Positions 51,776 to 63,305 of a stretch of DNA of 63,305 nucleotides are shown here, one piece after another. Position 1 is the stretch's first letter. Each line of letters starts with the position of its first letter. The stretch lies in NCBI RefSeq assembly GCF_001194135.2, contig NC_068987.1, forward strand, positions 95,387,191-95,450,495, in the 5' to 3' direction. Both the position numbers and the translations under genes were made by a program. The notes beneath the pieces are model-generated. The model made no database searches, had not been told where the DNA came from, and saw only the letters and a program-made list of their open reading frames with translations. The stretch comes from Octopus bimaculoides. Lineage: Eukaryota.

Positions 51776-52159
51776 CAAGTAGCTAGCGTGAAAAAACCTC
51801 ATAAGGGAAAAAAATCCATCATTTATTCCCGAAATATATATTTATATTTATATAAGGGCATTACTATATAATAACGCCTCACGCCATGAGGGACTCTAAG
51901 GTCAGACTACTATAAAAAAGCACATTTTTACCGAATGCGAGGAAATGCAACTCTCAAAGCCAACCNNNNNNNNNNGCTAGCGTGAAAAAACCTCATAAGG
52001 GAAAAAAATCCATCATTTATTCCCGAAATATATATTTATATTTATATAAGGGCATTACTATATAATAACGCCTCACGCCATGAGGGACTCTAAGGTCAGA
52101 CTACTATAAAAAAGCACATTTTTACCGAATGCGAGGAAATGCAACTCTCAAAGCCAACC
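51776..52159. other. Exact duplication of about 185 bp flanking a 10-N gap (probable assembly artefact)
   Basis: GCTAGCGTG...AAAGCCAACC is repeated on either side of the gap at 51966-51975. Confidence 0.8.
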
Positions 52160-52178
52160 CCTTAAAAAAACGAACTAA

Positions 52179-52239
52179 ATTATGGATCATGATTTCGTAG
52201 TTATTGTAGTATTATACAACTTCTACTCGTCAGTATAAT
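52179..52239 (-). ncRNA. Type I hammerhead ribozyme with extended stem II
   Basis: Minus: ATTATA CTGACGA GTAG aa GTTGTA taatac TACAAT aa CTAC GAAAT catg ATC CATAAT. Canonical core, 4+6-bp stem II, palindromic ATCATGAT stem III, AUC triplet, stem I of 5 bp plus an A.C mismatch. Confidence 0.78.
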
Positions 52240-52475
52240 ATGGTCCAGAAAAATAGAAATAAACAGTGAATCAACATACCAAACGAACACCATGTATCCA
52301 GCATAGCATATAGACGACTGTTCATGGCTATTTCCTTTATATAGTAATGCCCTTATATAAATATATATATACATAATTGCTAGAAATATGAGCTAAAATG
52401 CTGTAGTGAAAGCACATAATTATATACATGTATACTGACTGGAACTGTAATCGTCCGAAAACACCGTTCGAGAAT

Positions 52476-52527
52476 TCCTTATACTGACAGTCAGTTTCAG
52501 CAATTTCCGTTGCCTCATCAGTAAAGA
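52476..52527 (-). ncRNA. Type I hammerhead ribozyme
   Basis: Minus: TCTTTA CTGATGA GGCAA cggaaa TTGCT GAAACTGA ctg TCA GTA TAAGGA. All three stems form (G.U allowed), GUA triplet. Confidence 0.85.
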
Positions 52528-52762
52528 CTATCTCGACTTCTACAGATTCAGGACTCAATTCTCTATCAATATATATTTTTTCATCATAGAAATCTATGGA
52601 TGATTAATCTAACCACTAATCTGTATACAGAAAACTAATGTAGACAGCAGTTTGCAATGTTTCACCTAAAAGGAAAACTATAATAGTCACTAAATGTGAC
52701 TAAGGTGTTAGAAACACATACATTGCTAGAAATAAGTTCGGTATCTTCTCAAGTCGAACCAG

Positions 52763-52814
52763 TCTTTACTGATGAGGTCATGGATTTTGCCGAAACTGAC
52801 TGTTAGTATAAGGA
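52763..52814 (+). ncRNA. Type I hammerhead ribozyme (inverted paralogue of 52476-52527)
   Basis: Plus: TCTTTA CTGATGA GGTCA tggattt TGCC GAAACTGA ctg TTA GTA TAAGGA. Core intact, stem II with one bulge, stem III with one G.U. Confidence 0.82.
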
Positions 52815-53013
52815 ATTCTCGGTGTTTTCGGACGATTCCAGTTCCTGCCCGTATATATGTATACAATTATGTGCTTTGATTACAGCACTAGAGCATTTTA
52901 GCTCTTATTTCTAGCAATGTAGATGTTTCTAACAGCCTATTCACATTTAGTGACGATTATAGTTTTCTTTTTTGGTGAAACATTTCAAACTGCTGTCTAC
53001 ATTAATTTTATTA

Positions 53014-53082
<69 letters not shown>

Positions 53083-53325
53083 NNNNNNNNNNNNNNNNNN
53101 NNNNNNNNNNNNNNNNNNNNNNNNNNNNNNNNNNNATATATATATATATATATATGCATATATAAGTATATATATATATATATATATAGGAAAAGCATAT
53201 ATATGTATCTTTGTGTGTTAGCTCGTAATGTAATATTAATGTTTTTATAACATGTCCAATCTATATATCGATCAATTGTATATATTAATGTATCAGCCAA
53301 ACTGTTATTGCCGTACCTCATCTTA

Positions 53326-53395
53326 CTTGTAAACTGGATATTGATTAATCTAGTTATCAGGTGATAACTAGATTGATCGATATTCAGTTTACAAG
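53326..53395. repeat. 70-bp palindrome (34-bp arms)
   Basis: CTTGTAAACTGGATATTGATTAATCTAGTTATCA gg TGATAACTAGATTGATCGATATTCAGTTTACAAG; three mismatches. Confidence 0.93.
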
Positions 53396-53612
53396 AAAAA
53401 TAATCCGGAAAAATAATCCGGAAAAATGGATCCTGTATCATATTTTATCTTTTCTGCGGAACAGTCACCTTTGCCAACTTTACCACCTGCCAGACATTCT
53501 CAGAATTAGTCAAACTGAAATCAAATCTATCATAAATTTCTGTATGATAGAACTTTATCTTAAATCAAGCATGATCTGGAAGCATTAAGTGTTATAGGTG
53601 TATTGAATGATG

Positions 53613-54476
<864 letters not shown>

Positions 54477-54477
<1 letters not shown>

Positions 54478-55070
54478 CATCTCCTGTACATGGATGTCCT
54501 AAATCTTTTAGCTAAAAGCACCATGGAACAGAGAAATTGTCCATAGTTTCGCCAAGGACATAGGAATGAGCTGGGGCTGGACAAATGTGACAGTCACACT
54601 GAAAAGAGGCAAATTAATTAGCACTGAAAATACTGCACTCGAAATAGACACAGAAATTAAAGAATTAGACCACAACCGCCTATACAAATATTTAGAAATA
54701 GACGAAATGAAAGAGAAAATTAGAAGTGAATATAGTAGAAGAGTTAGACTAATATTAAACACTGAACTTAATGCTAAAAATAAGATAAGTTATCATACCA
54801 GTTACAAATTACAGTTTTAACAATAAAGTGGAAGATCAGTGAATTGAGAAACCTAGATAGAAAAACAAGAAAGCTACTGACAGCGTACCGAAGTCACCAC
54901 CCCAAAGCAGACGCAGGCAGAATATATTTACTCCGCTCAGGAGACCGAGGTCTGATAGAAAGAGAGAGAACTACTATAAAATAACAACAGTTGGACTAGG
55001 AAAGGACTTAGAATCAAAAAGTGGAAGACTACTGCCTGTAATAAATCAACACGAAAAAAATGAGAACATT
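54477..55070 (+). mobile_element. R4/Dong-like RT C-terminal/thumb fragment
   Basis: HLLYMD.L.LLAK, LKRGKLI, YKYLEI, EYSRRVRLILNTELNAKNKI, LDRKTRKLLT...HHPKAD. Confidence 0.85.
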
Positions 55071-55159
55071 TTTCTCTATACACAAGTCTGGGTAGGAACA
55101 AAGGTATTGATGGAAATATTTCCCAGCATCACGCGAACGAATAGCTGCGCAAATAGATA

Positions 55160-55832
55160 AACTGAAAAGCAATGAGGCGGAAATCCCAAAGTGGTTGACC
55201 ACAAGCAAAATGGTTCTTTGCCAGGACCCCCAGTAAAGTTAATGCAGTGAATAGTTACCGGCCTATCTCCTGCCTGCCCCTGATGTGGAAGTTGATAACT
55301 ATAATAATACCTAATTGTGTATAACTTCCTGGAAGTGAATAACAAACTGCCAGTGAGACAGAAGGGATGCAGAAGGAAAAGCCGAGGGACAAAATATCAA
55401 TTCCTGATAGACAGAATAGTGCTGAGCTACTGCAAGAAAATACATACTAACCTGGGTATGGCGTGGATCGATAAGAAAGGAAATGACATTGTTCCTTATT
55501 CCTGGATTCTAGAAATTCTGTTGCTGGTACAGGTGTCTGATAACATTAAATTTTTTCAAGAGATCAATGAAGAACTGGAATACAGAGTTAACATCATGTG
55601 GACAATTTCTGGCGAGGGCTAACGTCAAGGGGAGCCTATTTCAGGGAGATAACCTTCACAAAGATACTACGGAAAGTGACATCGGAGTAGACCTTGAAAA
55701 GTGGGGAAAGGTTAAATTATCTGTTAAATATGGATCACTTAAAGAACTTCGGGAAAACCGAACGTGAAATAAATAGCCTGATCTCAGTAGGACAGATATT
55801 CAGTAAGGATATTGGGAAGGAATTCGGGACTA
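55160..55832 (+). mobile_element. R4/Dong-like RT N-terminal fragment
   Basis: [55 protein letters not shown]. Confidence 0.88.
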
Positions 55833-56985
55833 TGTATGTCATTGTTCAGTTATAAGACTGAACATTGACACACATACATACATACATACATACATACTTG
55901 CATCTAATACCCATACGTTAACAAGTTCCAAACTACCATAATACACACATAAGGAACTACTTTATTTATGCGTACCAAAAGTCCTAACTCATGTGGGTCT
56001 CTGTCGCTCTTTCTTTGTCTGCCTATCTATTTATCTGTCTATCTATGCATTTATGTATGCAGGCATATATGTATGTATGTATGTATGTATGTATATAATT
56101 CCGATTGTAATGAATCCATAAAGGATCTAAGCATATCAACATCGAAACATCCCACTAATTGGCTTCACAGAACTACAATGAATTGATTCATTGTCCATAC
56201 ACAGACGGTATCGATGAAATAAGTTTCCTGTTGTAAGGTAATAAGTAATTCCAATAGTATTCCAAAGTATTAACGCAGAGTGGAATCGTAGCTGTGCCAT
56301 AAAAGAATAAGAACAGACGAATGGGTTTTCAAGTATTTCATTAGGAGTTTTTATTTTGATGTAAGCTTATTACAATTATTTAGGTTGCACAGTACATTAT
56401 GTAACTACCAAATCTGGAAACCATGTAAAAACAAGCGAACAGCTATTTGTTGAGCATTCCACTAGTGTCTAAAATCTATCATTACACTATAAACTTTTCC
56501 TACTTTCAACTGTCCTTGACTGACACCCGTAGGAAACACCCAGTTTATGCTTTTGGGATATCGATAATCTGATTTGAAATTACTGTTGTTGATAATTCAA
56601 TGGGTTGCAGAACAAGCGGGTTTTATATGTTCACCTGATGAATTTCATAGTTATATAATGTATTGCGCAGTCTAAATAATTGTATTATGTTTACATCAAA
56701 TTAATAATTCGTAATTTAACAATTGTAGCAACATTGACAGCTCAATAATCTGTTCTTATTCTTTTACAATCCAGGGATCCAAATGTACGAAGTTAGAAAG
56801 CTTCAAGCATTTATGCGGCTAGTACAGATGACAAGAGGGATTGATCGCAAGCTACTCTTCAGGCCAGTGATACCTTGGTTACATGGAGTTTACATTGTTG
56901 TTATTGTATTCCACTCGGGTAGAAATATAGAAAAAGTTGAAAATGCACTAACATTCGTTTAGATTTTTTTTATTTTAATATTTTT

Positions 56986-57240
56986 AAAGATTTTCGCATG
57001 CAAGCCAGTGGAGCTTGCTCTGATCACTCTAATTTTTTCACAATGAACTACCGGCCGCCTCGTACAATCCCTGAAGAACACTCTCGGAAGAACCATGAGG
57101 GCCGAAACAGCTAGAAAGTGAGCGCGCTACTGCAATGCAGAAGGTGATGCTCGACGACACCTGTCACGTGGCTCTCGATCGGTTCGCGCCGCGCTAGTGT
57201 AAGACTAGGTGCTTGATGTGGCTTGCATACGAAAATCTTT
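56986..57240. mobile_element. MITE candidate with 22-bp terminal inverted repeats
   Basis: AAAGATTTTCGCATGCAAGCCA (56986-57007) and TGGCTTGCATACGAAAATCTTT (57219-57240) match at 21/22; GC- and CpG-rich interior. Confidence 0.65.
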
Positions 57241-57295
57241 TAAAATTCTTAAATAAAAATTTTATGCAAATCCGAGTGCATTTTCAACTGCTTTT

Positions 57296-57330
<35 letters not shown>

Positions 57331-58007
57331 CATGTTTATGTGGGATGTTTTTGAGTGCGCTCATAGAAAGCTCCTATGCTAGTTATTCTGGCTACCACTT
57401 CTAATTCCCATTTTCCAGGGTAATTCTATGGAATGGTTATTAGTCTGGTGCCGCTGTAGTGTAAGAGAAATATAGTAATAACTAGAACTTTTGGATGAAA
57501 ATTCATAAATCCTTTAGTACATTGATATGTGTATGTTTCCACAAATCACATGTTTTTGTTGTTGCATCCATAGAACATTACAAATATGATTTTCAATATC
57601 CATAGATTTTAAAGGGAACCATAATTACATGTATTAGTTTTCTCAGGCAAAAATTGCATTGTGTTCTGGTTATATCGAAAATTATAGCCAAGGGATATTT
57701 AGCAATTTACACCAACCAGAAGGTTCTGTGAAATTTGAGGGCGGTTCCTATGAATGTTTTAACTTATCATACAAATAGATATATAGAACCAATACAGGAT
57801 AGAGGATATAAGTAGCGTTTTAATTTGTATTTAGATTTGTGCAAGTAGACGTCTGTAGAAAAAAATCAAGAGAAAATATCATATCTGTAATGTCCTTTGA
57901 ATGGAGAATGCAGCAACAAAAAACATGTGGTTTGTGGAAACGTGCATAGCAATGTATTCATGATTTATGAATTTCTATCCAAAAGTTCTTGTCATTAATA
58001 TAGATAG

Positions 58008-58231
<224 letters not shown>

Positions 58232-59351
58232 GGTGTTGGGTGTGGTTGTGAATAGCGGATATAGACGTGAGTATATGAAACTACATTATTAACTTGTGAA
58301 TAACTCCTGACAAACTCCAGTTTACTCATAGCTACAGATGTGAACACAAACATTTATATCTGATGTGTATCTGTGTGTGTGTGTGTGCGTGTGCGTTTTA
58401 ATGTATGCATGCATGCATGTATGTATGTATGTGTGTATGTAAGTATGTATGTATGTATGTGTGTGTATGTATGTATGTGTGTGTGTATGTATGTGTGTAT
58501 GTAAGTATGTATGTATGTATGTATGTATGTATGTATGTATGTATGGGGAATGATTTGCATTTGCGTGATGTTCTCCGTTCGTAGCTTCATTACTGATCAG
58601 CTAAATATTTTGAATGCAGTAATTAAGGATAGTGAAATATGAATCTCGGACAACAAACACAAATTGCAATCACAGGTTATATATGCACAACTGTAGTGAA
58701 CCTAAGTAAATGACCACCCTCACTCATATAGAGGCAGGCATATATACAACAAATGCCTTTATACTCACGATTGATCGCCTTTGCAATCATAGATACCACA
58801 CATACATACATACATACATATATANNNNNNNNNNNNNNNNNNNNNNNNNNNNNNNNNNNNNNNNNNNNNNNNNNNNNNNNNNNNNNNNNNNNNNNNNNNN
58901 NNNNNNNNNNNNNNNNNNNNNNNNNNNNNNNNNNNNNNNNNNNNNNNNNNNNNNNNNNNNNNNNNNNNNNNNNNNNNNNNNNNNNNNNNNNNNNNNNNNN
59001 NNNNNNNNNNNNNNNNNNNNNNNNNNNNNNNNNNNNNNNNNNNNNNNNNNNNNNNNNNNNNNNNNNNNNNNNNNNNNNNNNNNNNNNNNNNNNNNNNNNN
59101 NNNNNNNNNNNNNNNNNNNNNNNNNNNNNNNNNNNNNNNNNNNNNNNNNNNNNNNNNNNNNNNNNNNNNNNNNNNNNNNNNNNNNNNNNNNNNNNNNNNN
59201 NNNNNNNNNNNNNNNNNNNNNNNNNNNNNNNNNNNNNNNNNNNNNNNNNNNNNNNNNNNNNNNNNNNNNNNNNNNNNNNNNNNNNNNNNNNNNNNNNNNN
59301 NNNNNNNNNNNNNNNNNNNNNNNNNNNNNNNNNNNNNNNNNNNNNNNNNNN

Positions 59352-60158
59352 GGGAAAAAAAATGCTGCAGAAACTTATGAAATGTTCCAGACTGCTTTGG
59401 GATTAACTTGTATGATATGAGCATCTGCTTATGACTGGGAGAAGACGTTCAAGGATGGTAGAGAAGAGGTGAAAATCGACGAGAAGTGTGGGATGGAGAG
59501 GACGTCTGAACATGTTGAGAATATTTGCAGTTTTCTGGATGAAGACGGTCATGTGTCAATAAAGTCCAGAGATCAAAGAAGAGAGTTCCCAATGGAAGTA
59601 TCGCAGCTCCCTTAGACCCAAGAAAACCAGGAAAAGTAAGTCCACTGAGAAGCTTATGGTGATCACCTTCTTCGACACCGTGAGCATCATTCTGCAACCA
59701 CTGGATTCTCTCTGGTTAGACAGTTAACAAAGAGTATTTTTGTGGAGGTTTGAAGCTTTTCCACTCGAGTCGGTGGCACCTGCACCAGGACAATGTACCA
59801 GTCCACAATTCCATTCTGGTAACCAACGACTCGACGGAGATGGGCTTCAAAACTGGCCCTCATCCCTACAGTCGAGACCTTTCTTCATGTAACTTTTGGT
59901 TGTTTCCCAAGCTGAAATAAGAACCCAGGGACAGTTGTTTCGAAGACATTGAGACGATACAGAAGATTGTGACAAGGGCCCTGGACACCTTCATTTTACA
60001 GTACTTCCCTGGGCCTTCAGAAAGTGGCTGAAACGCTTACAAGTGTGCACTAAAGGTCAGAGGATCTCTCACTTTTAAAAGAATTAGTTTTTACTTCTTT
60101 GGAACTAATAAATGTCTCTCCTGAAAAAGTCTAAAAGCTTTTCAAAGGTACTTTGTTC
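59352..60158 (+). mobile_element. Mariner-family transposase pseudogene with internal deletions
   Basis: GKNAAETYEMF..A.G (HTH region), KLMVITFFD, WHLHQDNVPVHNS (HDNA-like), HPYSRDLSSCNFWLFPKLK (YSPDL-like), and a TIR-like right end. Confidence 0.85.
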
Positions 60159-60164
60159 ATATAT

Positions 60165-60570
60165 ACATACCATACATGTATACATGCATAAATACATGCA
60201 TAAATACATGCATACATATATACATGCATACATACATACATGCAAACATACATACATGCATGCATACATGCATACATACATGCAATCATGCATGCATACA
60301 TGCATACATACATACACACACACACATACATACATACATGCCATACATGTATACATGCATAAATACATGCATACATACATGCAAACATACATGCATACAT
60401 ATATACATGCATACATACATACATGCAAACATACATACATGCATGCATACATGCATACATACATGCAATCANNNNNNNNNNTACATACATGCAAACATAC
60501 ATGCATACATACATGCAAACATACATACATACACACACACATACATACATACTTACATACATACATACAT
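60165..60570. repeat. CATA/CATG low-complexity satellite-like tract
   Basis: Direct reading; internally duplicated around a 10-N gap. Confidence 0.9.
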
Positions 60571-60690
60571 ACTTGGAAAAGGATGCGTGGCGTTCGATCA
60601 TATAATAATATAAATGATATATCAATATATGCATATACCCATACATATATGTACATACCTACATATATATGTATATATACATGCATATAT

Positions 60691-61200
60691 GGGTACAGGA
60701 CATCAAAAAAACGTTAAACACAACGAGAAACGAAAACATAAAAACGAAAACATAGAAAACGAACTTATTTCGAACAACGAAAAAAACAAACAGAGAAACG
60801 AGACATGCAACATAAAGAGTATACCTGTTCGTCAGTTGTCCTTGTTTCACCTACTCTGCGTTTCGAAGGCAAGGATAATACGCGACTTCGATGAAACAGT
60901 CCTTCCTGCAAAGCAAATTAAATAAAATTTGGGAGTTTTTGCGGAGGGTGAAAGTGTTAACAAGAACAGGACAGCGAGAACAAGACAGTAAAAACAGACG
61001 GTGAGGGCTGTTGAGCCAAGACGATAGAAAAATCATTATGAACGCTAGGTAGACGAGCCATGAGAGGAGAAGGAAAAAGGCACGTCTTTTCTTTAGGAAG
61101 GAAGTGGACAGAAAGTGAATCCCTTTCGTCACGTGTCAGCGACGAGAGAGTCAAGGTGGAAGACTGAGAGAGAGAGAGGGAACGGTGAAAGTGAGAGAAG
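60691..61200 (+). repeat. Unclassified interspersed repeat, copy 3 of 3
   Basis: Starts GGGTACAGGAC; shares blocks with 25857-26220 and 47009-47300. Confidence 0.6.
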
Positions 61201-61626
61201 AATAGGGAAAGGGTGGAAACTTGGAAGGCAGCTCCTTGAGCAGAATTCCTTGACTAATAATCTGATATACATGGTCAAAGAAGTCGCACGACTCCATTGC
61301 AGGATATAATCAGATGAAAGAATGAGCTTAAATCAGCAGAAGACCGTCAGAAGATATGTTAGTAGAAAGCTCCGAGATGTTAGTAACAAAGCAATCTATC
61401 ATTGAGTAACAACTTGATTACTAACATCATTTTGAAGGGTATGGCAAAATTTGATGAAGATTCTCTGCTCAACTTTTTCTGTCATGTTCAATGCCGCGAT
61501 CACACGCTACACACCTTCCTTCCAAGCACTGCTGTAAACAGCGGAAGTGAGCTAGAACGTTAAAACGTAGTGTGCATGCACAGCCAAATTTAAGGTCAAT
61601 CTATGTCTTGCGGGTTCACACCGCGT

Positions 61627-61980
61627 GCTTTAGTTTCGTTATTGCCCATGCAGTGGTTCCATTTTCCAGGTGTTTAGTCTTTCTTCTTCATCTTCTTTCT
61701 TAAATGTTTGTGGGTTCGTCACATTTTCTGTAGATATTGTATTATTAATTCTAGCACTGGCAAGCAAGGATTCGCTCTTCTGTTTGATGTACCATCCCAG
61801 ACTGTGCTTCTCGTTGGTAACACACATCTTGCATCCTGTGAGATCACTTCCTCCCCTGTTTCTAGGCACACACAGTTTGAAAATATCAATTTTAGGGTGT
61901 AGTTCCTTGTTCATTGTCATCACTTTTCTAGTTTTCTGTCTATTTCCTCAAGCTCGTTCTTTGTCCACCTACGCCATACT
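61627..61980 (-). mobile_element. R4/Dong-like thumb-region fragment abutting (TAA)n at its 5' side
   Basis: WTKNELEEIDRK.RKVMTMNKELHPK.D...VPRNRGG..L..C...V..EK.SLGWY...W...PLHGQ. Confidence 0.85.
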
Positions 61981-62011
61981 ATTGTTATTGTTATTGTTAT
62001 TATTATCATCA

Positions 62012-62046
<35 letters not shown>

Positions 62047-62074
62047 CATTATTATTATTATTATTATTATTATC

Positions 62075-62717
62075 GAGTGAGAGAGCAGTGCATGCCATCT
62101 AAGTGACACGGGTAAAATATACGAAGCCCAGTATACCCATCACGACTACCCGTCTGCACCAGGCACATGCATCACAACCATATATGCGTTACATTGTGAT
62201 TTTCTATCAAGAAAAACAGAGCATAACCTTGCAGGTAGGGCTAAGTTAGAATTTTTCTCAGGTCGAGTAGCCCATCCCGCTCAAAAGTCCCTGAATAAGG
62301 GTTTTTCTAAGGTTGTTGCACGAAACACCCATGTTTCCAAAAGTGAATTATTCAAAACCCAAAGAATTCCTCTCAACACATGGCTATGATGCTTTCCCAC
62401 TACTTCTGCTCATGATCAGAGATGCACATATCGTCAGCCACCAAGGGACATGCTCAACTTGTTAATGTCAAACAACTGACAAGAAAATCTGTGGTATTGA
62501 GCAGAATATTTACTGTAGCCCNNNNNNNNNNAGCCACCAAGGGACATGCTCAACTTGTTAATGTCAAACAACTGACAAGAAAATCTGTGGTATTGAGCAG
62601 AATATTTACTGTAGCCCATCTTTTATACCAAGACAAAACAATGTATATGATTGCACTTCCAATCAGTTAAGATCACACGCCATGAGAGCTAATGCCTGGT
62701 ACTGCATCCGGGCATTT
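62075..62717. mobile_element. Non-coding interspersed element flanked by (TAT)n-type tracts on both sides
   Basis: Sharp boundaries with microsatellite at 61980-62074 and 62718-62773, no ORF. Contains an 85-bp duplication around a 10-N gap, so true length is about 550 bp. Confidence 0.6.
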
Positions 62718-63050
62718 ATTATCATCATCGTCATTATCATTATCATTATTATTATCATTATCATTATTATTATCTAATTCGTAAATTTCAAGTGCAATCA
62801 GTGAGTGGAACCGTGAAAATATGCATTTGTCTGTATTTGTCTGTGTTAATACATCCCAAAAATGGAGCCTTGTATGTTTGCTGGAAACCGGCTCCCTCCT
62901 CGGTGGAAGATTAATAATAATTAAAAAATAGAAGAGACATACATTTATGGACGTATCCTTTAGCTTTTTTGTTTTTACATACATACATACATATATACAT
63001 ACAGTATTCAGTAATCCACTTACTTTCTGATTTAACTCTCTTACTAAGTT

Positions 63051-63188
63051 TCTGCTTATTTAATCGACCCCGAAAGGGATGAAAGGCAAAATCGACCTTG
63101 GCGAGATTTGAGATCAGAACATAACGGCAGACAAAATACTACTAGGCATTTCGTCCAGCGTGTTAACGATTCTACCAGCTCTCACCTT
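63051..63188 (-). mobile_element. SINE family 1 5' part
   Basis: Reverse-complement similarity to 3696-3835; the head abuts (TAA)n. Confidence 0.85.
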
Positions 63189-63201
63189 AATAATAATAAT
63201 A

Positions 63202-63263
<62 letters not shown>

Positions 63264-63305
63264 AAGAAGAAGAAGAAGAAGAAGAAGAAGAAGAAGAAGA
63301 AGAAG
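63188..63305. repeat. (TAA)n switching in phase to (GAA)n
   Basis: Direct reading. Confidence 0.97.

Larger units (their letters stand above)
52374..53008. repeat. Hammerhead-bearing repeat unit in combined tandem and inverted arrangement
   Basis: 52374-52540 is the reverse complement of about 52750-52918, and 52631-52737 is the reverse complement of about 52905-53008. TTGCTAGAAATA recurs at 52377 and 52723 (period 346 bp). Confidence 0.88.

Noticed and set aside
51776-52159. Tandem duplications around 10-N gaps (also 62437-62616 and within 60165-60570)
   Set aside because: Identical sequence on both sides of a fixed 10-N gap indicates unmerged contig overlaps rather than biology.

Overview
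AT-rich animal genomic DNA with about 5 kb of N gaps, dense microsatellites and no confidently identifiable host gene. The SINE, LINE and microsatellite repertoire looks like octopus (cephalopod); this is recognition, not a database result. It is a transposon graveyard containing: about a dozen decayed R4/Dong-type (restriction-like endonuclease) retrotransposon pieces, many inside (TAA)n tracts; one young 5'-truncated RTE LINE; three CR1-clade LINE pieces; a Penelope-like GIY-YIG fragment; a Chapaev3-type transposase remnant; mariner remnants; MITEs; and three tRNA-type SINE families. The most interesting signal is non-coding. Six type I hammerhead ribozyme cores, apparently from four unrelated families, can be folded by hand (15048, 16127, 18845, 52179, 52476, 52763). 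Four sit in two head-to-head inverted duplications and three cluster within 640 bp, which fits a Penelope/retrozyme-like self-cleaving RNA system. A second notable item is a 3' tail shared by a SINE and a CR1 LINE, with a compensatory base pair in its stem-loop. All alignments and folds were done by eye; cleavage activity, family names and novelty are untested. Most ORF-track entries are microsatellite or N-gap artefacts.
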